A stretch of 64,000 bases of DNA, from the IMG/VR virus record IMGVR_UViG_3300046744_000223, positions 96,001 to 160,000 of that record; one strand, given 5' to 3'. The notes under the pieces were generated by a model. The model did no database searches, had not been told where the DNA came from, and was given only the letters and a program-made list of their open reading frames with translations. Shown in pieces: positions 1 through 6,943 of the stretch; the first letter of the stretch is position 1, and each line of letters opens with the position of its first letter. This DNA is from a virus. A program made the translations under genes and the position numbers.

Positions 1-752
1 TTTGGGTTGTTTAGGATAACGTCAACTCTACCATTCATTCCTTTTGGTAGTGCTCGTGTAACTAATGACCAAACTGTATTTGAAGCACCTTCATGTGTTT
101 TTAGAAGAATATCTTCAGGTACCATACGTTCTCTATTTTTATTGTTTTCCATTGCTGTTACATAATTTGTAAGAACCCAAGTCAAGTGAATGTTCTTAGA
201 ATCATAACCTGCTTTTTTCAATAAAGGAAGTACATCAGTAATATCACTTAAATCTTTTGCCGTGATATCAAACATAATGTTAGGAAGTGTCTCTGGATTG
301 TTTGTAGCAGCCAACATATTCTCTAAAGACTTATCTTTAATACCCATGGCCTTTACCAAATAATGTAGTGTTGCCACGTGGTCTGGATCTTTTAGATTAA
401 GATTACGAAGAGTTTGCTTACCACCCCTTGGCAATTCGGTGTTAAATACCTTGTTAACAATCTCCATATCCTTTGGTTTTATCTTCTTACCATACTTTTT
501 TAGGATATCTGAAACTGTGAGTTTACCCATTCTATTTAAGACTTGGAGTTGTTTTTTCATTTCATCGACATCACGAACTTTAAATCCAGCTGAGTCTAAG
601 AAGTTGGAACTGGCAAATCCCTTACCACTTCCAGCACCACCTGCCAAGAATACTACTTGACCATATGGTTTTCTATTGTTATATGTAATGAGTTTCTCAT
701 CGAGTTGTTCCTCGGTGATTACTTCCTTTATCAACTTATTAATCAAATTCAT
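1..752 (-). CDS. P-loop kinase (zeta-toxin/AAA_33-like), 3' end outside window
   Basis: Manual translation from ATG at 752: MNLINKLIKEVITEEQLDEKLITYNNRKPYGQVVFLAGGAGSGKG (Walker A), RDVDE, IMFDIT, NKNRERMVPEDIL lid motif; open to window edge. Confidence 0.75.
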   Translation of the reverse strand, partial: MNLINKLIKEVITEEQLDEKLITYNNRKPYGQVVFLAGGAGSGKGFASSNFLDSAGFKVRDVDEMKKQLQVLNRMGKLTVSDILKKYGKKIKPKDMEIVNKVFNTELPRGGKQTLRNLNLKDPDHVATLHYLVKAMGIKDKSLENMLAATNNPETLPNIMFDITAKDLSDITDVLPLLKKAGYDSKNIHLTWVLTNYVTAMENNKNRERMVPEDILLKTHEGASNTVWSLVTRALPKGMNGRVDVILNNP

Positions 753-753
753 A

Positions 754-960
754 TTAGTCCTTTGTTGGAAAGTTTTTAGGGTCTCTACCAGTTTTGTATG
801 GAAACATTCTATTTAGCTTGGATTGTCTCGATTTACACCCACAATCATCCGCACCAACTGCATCAGCAATTGATTCTGCTAACTTGTCTAATTTAGTAGC
901 AGATGTTATTTTTGCAATTGTATCACCCAATCCTTGGGATTTAGTATCCTTCATAATCAT
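754..960 (-). CDS. Small conserved phage protein (GLGDT...DCGC..RQ..LN motif)
   Basis: ORF track; motif GLGDTIAKIT / DDCGCKSRQSKLNRMFPY. Confidence 0.6.
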   Translation of the reverse strand: MIMKDTKSQGLGDTIAKITSATKLDKLAESIADAVGADDCGCKSRQSKLNRMFPYKTGRDPKNFPTKD

Positions 961-1180
961 TTTCCAATCTTACGTTATAACCTTCTTTTACTAAAGCTTC
1001 TTTGACAAGTTCTAATGTAGAGAACTCACCTATCTTTATTTCACACTTACCAGTTCTATGTACTAATTCAGCAATAGATGCTCCATGTAAGTCTGAATAA
1101 CCTAAGTAACGTTTTAAAACAAACACTACGTCTTCAAACGAGTGGATATCATCATTTAATAAATATAGTCGGGAATCCAT
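941..1180 (-). CDS. clpS: ATP-dependent Clp protease adaptor ClpS-like protein
   Basis: LLNDDIHSFEDVV N-degron binding motif and AELVHRTGKCEI, typical ClpS core. Confidence 0.8.
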   Translation of the reverse strand: MDSRLYLLNDDIHSFEDVVFVLKRYLGYSDLHGASIAELVHRTGKCEIKIGEFSTLELVKEALVKEGYNVRLENDYEGY

Positions 1181-1368
1181 TAAAGGTCAAAATATATAAC
1201 TTGTTTTATATCGTATTCGGATTTTAGTATGTGTACGTAACTTGATACCTCTCCCTCGGAGCAAATTTCAGCCCTTACATTAGTACCATCTTCAGTTTGA
1301 ACATACATCAATGTATTACCATCTAAAGTTTCTACTTCACTACTAAGTCTTTTTATTATTAGATTCAT
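1180..1368 (-). CDS. Hypothetical protein
   Basis: ORF coupled to neighbours (overlapping stop/start). Confidence 0.5.
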   Translation of the reverse strand: MNLIIKRLSSEVETLDGNTLMYVQTEDGTNVRAEICSEGEVSSYVHILKSEYDIKQVIYFDL

Positions 1369-1549
1369 TTTCTCTCTCCATAACTAACCGTAACTCTTGT
1401 AAGTTTTTACACTTTTCATATTCTTCGATATTAGTGTAATACTCAAGTAGGTTATCTACTATGTTTAACTTCATTTCACTATGAACGTCCGGATTGTATA
1501 GTATAATATCATATACTTCGTCTATTGCCGATTGTTCGTAGTTAATCAT
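1343..1549 (-). CDS. Small protein with UVR-like (EEYEKC) motif
   Basis: IEEYEKCKNLQEL resembles UvrB/C coiled-coil motif; late motif upstream. Confidence 0.55.
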   Translation of the reverse strand: MINYEQSAIDEVYDIILYNPDVHSEMKLNIVDNLLEYYTNIEEYEKCKNLQELRLVMERENESNNKKT

Positions 1550-1582
1550 ATAATCATAAATAGTTTTGAGAAAGTTAGTAAA

Positions 1583-1960
1583 TCACATAAAGTTGGATTT
1601 TATAATGTATCCGAGTACACCTATCATTGAACCAAATAAAATCCATAGAGCTTTGGTAACACCATCCTTCCAATCTTTCATTTTTTCAAATTCGGTTAGT
1701 ACGCCATCATAGTACTCTTGTTTGTCTTCACGGTCATATCTATATACCGTGTTTTTATTGACACGTACTATTACACCATCTTCAGGATTTAAGAGTGTAA
1801 ATTTTATATCAGATACATCAGTCTTTAAGTCTGAATAATCTTCTTTCATCTCGTTAATACTCACTTCCATGCGTTTAAGTTCACCATTTGGTAACTTACC
1901 CTTCATTTCAGCAATTTCTACAAGAATTTCTTTAAGTATATCTTTTTGCGTATTAGCCAT
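1583..1960 (-). CDS. Coiled-coil protein with C-terminal transmembrane helix
   Basis: Heptad-like N-terminus; ALWILFGSMIGVLGYII C-terminal TM. Confidence 0.6.
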   Translation of the reverse strand: MANTQKDILKEILVEIAEMKGKLPNGELKRMEVSINEMKEDYSDLKTDVSDIKFTLLNPEDGVIVRVNKNTVYRYDREDKQEYYDGVLTEFEKMKDWKDGVTKALWILFGSMIGVLGYIIKSNFM

Positions 1961-1995
1961 TTACGTAGTCCTAATTGAATTAAGTAACTTATGGT

Positions 1996-2003
1996 TATAA
2001 ATA
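1996..2003 (-). promoter_or_regulatory. Putative late promoter TATTTATA (representative copy)
   Basis: Same or near-identical motif in intergenic gaps at 1556, 4988, 9933, 29151, 53651, 55924. Confidence 0.55.
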
Positions 2004-2005
2004 GT

Positions 2006-2575
2006 CTATATGATATCTAAGAATGTGTTAGATAGGTAATTTTCTATTAGTTCAGTCTTTTCATTAGAACTGAGATGTTCTACTGCGAGTACTGACTTAA
2101 CTCTGACATTAGGATATTTCTTTTGTAGATTGCCCACTGCTCTTACATTCTTAATGGAGTCATCCATAAATGCGATGTCAGTATATCCTTTTTTGATATG
2201 TTTTTCAATCCAATCTGCTTTGTCCTTTGGATTGTTAGATGCGAGTGCTACTGGATATACATCCATCCCATACTCGTCTTTAAAGAACTTTCGTATAGGG
2301 AAACCTAACTTACGTGCAGTTAAGATTGTTACCTTCTTAGAAGGGTTCTTTAACATACGCTGGAGTAGTTTGAAGTTCTTCTTAATAACTTGTGGTTTGT
2401 TCAACATACGATTGAAGTCACTAAAGTCATACTCGTCACCAGATTTTTCGGTATACTTTGCATATTCCTCTGGCGATAGTGTGGTCTTAGTCCCATCTTT
2501 GTGTTTTACATAGATGTACGACACTGTTGTTGCAAGTGTGTCATCAAAGTCAAAAACTCTTAATACTTTAGCCAT
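2006..2575 (-). CDS. HAD-superfamily phosphatase (PNKP/RNA-repair-like HAD)
   Basis: FDFDDTL motif I, LTAR motif II, K, FMDDS..N motif IV. Confidence 0.8.
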   Translation of the reverse strand: MAKVLRVFDFDDTLATTVSYIYVKHKDGTKTTLSPEEYAKYTEKSGDEYDFSDFNRMLNKPQVIKKNFKLLQRMLKNPSKKVTILTARKLGFPIRKFFKDEYGMDVYPVALASNNPKDKADWIEKHIKKGYTDIAFMDDSIKNVRAVGNLQKKYPNVRVKSVLAVEHLSSNEKTELIENYLSNTFLDII

Positions 2576-2576
2576 A

Positions 2577-3341
2577 TTACTTCAATTTAGGGAGTCCACC
2601 AATCTTTGGGATTCGTTTCTTCCACTTCTTATAAATTTCTTTTCTCTTCTCAATTGTGATTACATCATCATCAACCAACGAGTCTAAGTAATCATCAACC
2701 ACTTTTTGGTAGGGTTGTTTCATTGTCTTTGCTTTAGAGTACAATCCGTGGATGTTTGCATCTACCTCTTTTGGTAGTAAGAAGTATTTGTAATACAATT
2801 TAGGATTAGACCGAATCTTTCGTCTCATCGCAGTATCACCTCTCATCCTCTTACCAGACTTCTCTGCGCCGGAACCCTTACCATGTGTTAGGTGTTCTAT
2901 CTCATGTCTTACTAAATCTCTGAGTACTGGCTGTATCTTTGAAAATACACTACCATTAACATCATCGGAATGAATACCAATATTTACTTCCAACGATGGG
3001 AAATCCTCATCTGCTTCAGCTGAACCATCTATAAAGAACTTACCTGGCTCTACACCATCCTCAGTTACTGCGAGCTTGAGTTCAACCTCAACACTAACAC
3101 CACTAACTTTATCAGTGTAGTCACCAACATATAATGTTCTATTTTCACCTTGAAATAGGTTTTGCATTGTACCTACCATTGGCATTGGGTCTTTACGAAC
3201 ATCATACCCTTTAAACTTCTTTGGCTTCTCTTGAGTACCACTACCCTTAATAGCATTCTTGATAGTTTTGAATACGTCTTTATTGATTTCACCCGTGAGT
3301 TTATCGTACATTCCTTCTAATATGAGTTGTTTTAATTTCAT
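2577..3341 (-). CDS. HEXXH zincin-like protein
   Basis: VRHEIEHLTH followed by Y...EVDA third-ligand segment. Confidence 0.6.
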   Translation of the reverse strand: MKLKQLILEGMYDKLTGEINKDVFKTIKNAIKGSGTQEKPKKFKGYDVRKDPMPMVGTMQNLFQGENRTLYVGDYTDKVSGVSVEVELKLAVTEDGVEPGKFFIDGSAEADEDFPSLEVNIGIHSDDVNGSVFSKIQPVLRDLVRHEIEHLTHGKGSGAEKSGKRMRGDTAMRRKIRSNPKLYYKYFLLPKEVDANIHGLYSKAKTMKQPYQKVVDDYLDSLVDDDVITIEKRKEIYKKWKKRIPKIGGLPKLK

Positions 3342-3343
3342 TA

Positions 3344-3375
3344 CTAATATACGAATAATTTATTAAATATCCAAC
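3344..3375 (-). promoter_or_regulatory. Bacteroidota-type promoter (GTTG-N20-TATATTAG)
   Basis: Matches repeated motif; -33 element is GTTG variant. Confidence 0.55.
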
Positions 3376-4070
3376 TTTTTGTCGGAAGATTTGAAATCTT
3401 TTTTACGCATCACTGTTTTTGCGATTGCCTTGTTTGCCTGCTTCATAAATGGAATGTTAAGATTTGTTCTATCATCCACAGCCACCAATGAGTTATACTG
3501 ATTTAAAAACTCAACAAACTCTTTCTTCTTCTTACTCAATCGCTTAAAGAACCCTATGAGTTCTGCTTGTGATATCTCTTTACCATTACGGGGGTCGTTC
3601 AATCTATCAAAGAAATGTTTGTCAGTTAGAACTACATCTACTGGATTAAGTTTCTTATCTGCGAATTGGTCAATCTTCTGAAGGTCTCCCATTGGGATTT
3701 CGTTGATAGTTGATTCACCTACATTGAGTCGTTTATAACTCTTATCTGCTTTGTCGTATTTCTGATTGTCGTGACCACACTTATGACAAATGTATAAGTC
3801 ATCACCACCATCTTTTTTCATCCAAGTCCAACCACAATTGTCACACTCAATCTTATCAGCTAATACAGCTTCTTCTACCTTATCTATAATACGATACTTT
3901 AGGAGTGGTCTACCATTGATTGTGATGTCACCCTTTTCATTCTTACCGATTGACTTAACTACAATACGTTTGTTTTTGAATTTACCACCCAAAACAGTAT
4001 CACCTACTTTAATTGGTATTTTGATATCTTCGGTAATTCGAATGCCCATATGTTGTTTGTATAGTGACAT
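3363..4070 (-). CDS. Modular hypothetical protein (basic beta domain, CxxC-CxxC zinc ribbon, C-terminal domain)
   Basis: CDNCG...CHKCG zinc ribbon; HFFDRLNDPRN C-terminal domain. Confidence 0.6.
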   Translation of the reverse strand: MSLYKQHMGIRITEDIKIPIKVGDTVLGGKFKNKRIVVKSIGKNEKGDITINGRPLLKYRIIDKVEEAVLADKIECDNCGWTWMKKDGGDDLYICHKCGHDNQKYDKADKSYKRLNVGESTINEIPMGDLQKIDQFADKKLNPVDVVLTDKHFFDRLNDPRNGKEISQAELIGFFKRLSKKKKEFVEFLNQYNSLVAVDDRTNLNIPFMKQANKAIAKTVMRKKDFKSSDKKLDI

Positions 4071-4714
4071 TATAGTAGTTTTACTTTTTTTAAATACTTA
4101 AACATCTCGTTACCAAGTTTCTCACCAAACTTTGAGTCTGATGGGTAGTGAGCTCTTGCCACATTTCGTGAGTATGATATGTCTTTTGCCAAGTCCATCA
4201 AATTGTGCTGATGTTCCGGATACATATCACTCAAAACCGAACCAATTAACACACCTTGAGTTGAATGTCCACTTGGATATGAGGGAGTATTCATAGAATC
4301 TAACTCAGTATCCTTCATTGGTACATTTACCATTGAGTGTTTTGCCAATTGTTTGGGTCTTGGTCTATTATATAAGTATTTAAGTTTAGTTATGAAAATA
4401 CGAGAATCGTCAAGTAATATATCCACTAATCCTTTTGGATAATCGATTTCTACTGTATTACAATAGTCTTTGAATACGTTAGATATATCATCCATTTCTT
4501 TTACGAAGGAATTATCCATCGGAAGTTTAGCAAGTTGGTAAAGTTCCATCTTCGTTTTAGAATTATCATTACCATGTGGTGGTTGACCCGCGAATTGCTT
4601 CCATTCAAAGTCAGCCAACATAGATGGAGTTTCCCTCATCACCTTCAAGTGTTTAGGGTCAATCTCATCGGAGTACCCCATTGACTTGAGTTCTATTATA
4701 TCACTAAGTTTCAC
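4070..4714 (-). CDS. PAP2-superfamily phosphatase / vanadium haloperoxidase-like
   Basis: KYLYNRPRP, PSYPSGH, SRNVARAHYPSD = three PAP2 motifs. Confidence 0.85.
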   Translation of the reverse strand: MKLSDIIELKSMGYSDEIDPKHLKVMRETPSMLADFEWKQFAGQPPHGNDNSKTKMELYQLAKLPMDNSFVKEMDDISNVFKDYCNTVEIDYPKGLVDILLDDSRIFITKLKYLYNRPRPKQLAKHSMVNVPMKDTELDSMNTPSYPSGHSTQGVLIGSVLSDMYPEHQHNLMDLAKDISYSRNVARAHYPSDSKFGEKLGNEMFKYLKKVKLL

Positions 4715-4720
4715 TTTTTA

Positions 4721-4966
4721 CTATTTTTTAGCAAACTTTTCTAAGCCTGCGATGCCAAAACAACCAAGTGTTATAAACACAAATGAGTTGTATATGAATT
4801 CTTGAACTACCAAATCTTTACCTAAGTAACCAGTAATTAAATCGGCAGCTGCGAATATTACCATTACTGCAAATGATAGAAATCCTATTACATTTTTCTC
4901 GTTTACATCATTGTCATCTTTAAAAATGTCTTTAAAAGCCATAATCTTTCTCCAAATTGTTTTCAT
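4721..4966 (-). CDS. Small two-TM membrane protein (holin-like)
   Basis: Two hydrophobic helices, basic C-terminus EKFAKK. Confidence 0.55.
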   Translation of the reverse strand: MKTIWRKIMAFKDIFKDDNDVNEKNVIGFLSFAVMVIFAAADLITGYLGKDLVVQEFIYNSFVFITLGCFGIAGLEKFAKK

Positions 4967-5005
4967 GTAATGTAACTCCTTATTGATTATAAATATGTAT
5001 AGATA

Positions 5006-5335
5006 TTAAAACCCACTTAGTACAAGTTCATCTATTGCATCTTGTACTTCTTCTTTTGTAGCACTAAGTTTAAAACTCAAGTCAGCTTGATATCTTTTTT
5101 TAACTTCATCGTACTGAAGTATTACGATAGTAGGTACTACTACTACTTGATATTCTTTTTGTAGTTTGGGGTTTTTAGCGATATCAACGAGTTCTATATC
5201 ACAATCCTCTAAATCATTAATCCATTTAACTGAATTAGCTGAGTTCCAATCTGCATTAAAGTGTATTACAACTATCTGAGCATTTGATATAGTGGTCATG
5301 AATAGTAATGATAATATTAGTAGTATCTTTTTCAT
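5006..5335 (-). CDS. Secreted thioredoxin-fold protein lacking CXXC
   Basis: Signal peptide; FNADWNSAN in place of WCxxC; VVVVPTIV cis-Pro loop. Confidence 0.7.
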   Translation of the reverse strand: MKKILLILSLLFMTTISNAQIVVIHFNADWNSANSVKWINDLEDCDIELVDIAKNPKLQKEYQVVVVPTIVILQYDEVKKRYQADLSFKLSATKEEVQDAIDELVLSGF

Positions 5336-5336
5336 G

Positions 5337-5621
5337 TTACCTCAATTGGTCTATTTTTTCTTCAATACGTTTGATGTCTTCTTTTATCTCAGTAACATCA
5401 CCTTGTGTATTTAGAATTGTGTTACGAATCATCTGGTCTTTCATATCAAATTCCATCCGTGTTACCTCTGGATCGGGTGGTATTGGTAATTCTTTTGCAT
5501 CTTCTATATCAGATTGTAATGTAAACCACATACCTACAACAGTTGCAACAAAGAATAGAATAATTCCTATTGTTTTTAAATCTAAAGTAATTTGAGTTCC
5601 CTCATCTAACTTCTTAGCCAT
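5337..5621 (-). CDS. Single-TM coiled-coil protein (paralog of 5625-5858)
   Basis: TM helix; RMEFDMKDQMIRN motif. Confidence 0.65.
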   Translation of the reverse strand: MAKKLDEGTQITLDLKTIGIILFFVATVVGMWFTLQSDIEDAKELPIPPDPEVTRMEFDMKDQMIRNTILNTQGDVTEIKEDIKRIEEKIDQLR

Positions 5622-5624
5622 AAC

Positions 5625-5858
5625 TTACCTCGCCTCTTTTGTTTTTTCAATTTTTCTTTGAATTTCTATAATTTCACCATGGATGTTACGTATGTTATTT
5701 CTAATCATCTGGTCCTTTAAGTCATATTCAATCCGTGATATATAATTATCTGGAATCTTAGATTCTACATTTGATATCTTTAAATGTATAAATATTATAT
5801 GAAGTATTACTATGATACTCAATAATATTGTCCCTATATTTCTTTTTAGATTTTTCAT
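5625..5858 (-). CDS. Single-TM coiled-coil protein (paralog of 5337-5621)
   Basis: TM helix; RIEYDLKDQMIRN motif. Confidence 0.6.
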   Translation of the reverse strand: MKNLKRNIGTILLSIIVILHIIFIHLKISNVESKIPDNYISRIEYDLKDQMIRNNIRNIHGEIIEIQRKIEKTKEAR

Positions 5859-5862
5859 AATG

Positions 5863-6942
5863 TTATAGTATAATAAAGTTTATGCCGGTTGAGAATTCAT
5901 ACCAACTACGATTCCAATATTGATGATATCTACCTTCAGTAAATATACCCAATGACTTGTTGAATCGGTATCCAAGAATTAGTCCACCTGAATAATCTAT
6001 CCATTGCCCATTGTGAAATTTATGGTAACTATAATCATCGTCTAAGTCAAGGTGATATGGTAACAAGTTTGCCCACGAGTGTAACCAAAAGTTTTTAGAG
6101 TATTTGTAATAATCAAATCCTAATACCAATGAGTGTTCCCATTTGTTAGGTAACTGATTTCTTTGGTTATTAGCATACTCTGAAAGTATTTGTGGTACAA
6201 CCACTTCTTCGAATACTGCGGTACTATTAGCTACTATTTCACCATTAGGATTTGTATAAACATCACCCAACCCCAATGTATTCCAATTGTACCCCATATC
6301 GGTAGCTATTTTCATCCATGGGATACTACCATCAGGTCTTATACAATCGGCAAATGGGTCGAATCCATATGGTTCTGAGATACGTTGCATTGCACCTATA
6401 TTAATTGAAAACTTTCTATTGAACTTATGTCTAAGTCTTTCTGAAGACTCGAAATAACCAATATCAGCAAACCCATCCTCTAAGTATTCTACTTTAAATA
6501 CATAGTTGTCTGCAATGTATCTTACAAAGTGGTCTTGATTTAAGAACTGCTTACCTTGTTGTCTTCTATAATCAAATTCGAACAAATACTCGAATCCACG
6601 TGATTTACTTCCTATGGTTGCTGCATCTGAGAATGAGTTTTCAGTACCATTCTTAAACCTATTCTGAATATTTGGTTCATATCCAAATCTCTGAATCTTT
6701 CTCAATCCGAATACTGCTGAGTAATCGTAAGGAGTTACAGTTGTTGTCGTACTTAACCCATCCGTAACTGAGTATGTGGTAATATCCGAAATCGAATTAT
6801 TACCATTATATGCACCATAGAATGTAGCAAACTTAGTAATTTTATTTAAATTCTTTTTGAAATCACTAAGTGTTGATTTATCATCTTTAGTTTGTGCTGA
6901 CATTGTAAGAGGTAATATCAGTAATAACAATAACTTTTTCAT
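5863..6942 (-). CDS. Putative outer-membrane beta-barrel protein
   Basis: Signal peptide; alternating aromatic strands; C-terminal YEFSTGINFIIL beta-signal-like end. Confidence 0.65.
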   Translation of the reverse strand: MKKLLLLLILPLTMSAQTKDDKSTLSDFKKNLNKITKFATFYGAYNGNNSISDITTYSVTDGLSTTTTVTPYDYSAVFGLRKIQRFGYEPNIQNRFKNGTENSFSDAATIGSKSRGFEYLFEFDYRRQQGKQFLNQDHFVRYIADNYVFKVEYLEDGFADIGYFESSERLRHKFNRKFSINIGAMQRISEPYGFDPFADCIRPDGSIPWMKIATDMGYNWNTLGLGDVYTNPNGEIVANSTAVFEEVVVPQILSEYANNQRNQLPNKWEHSLVLGFDYYKYSKNFWLHSWANLLPYHLDLDDDYSYHKFHNGQWIDYSGGLILGYRFNKSLGIFTEGRYHQYWNRSWYEFSTGINFIIL

Positions 6943-6943
6943 A

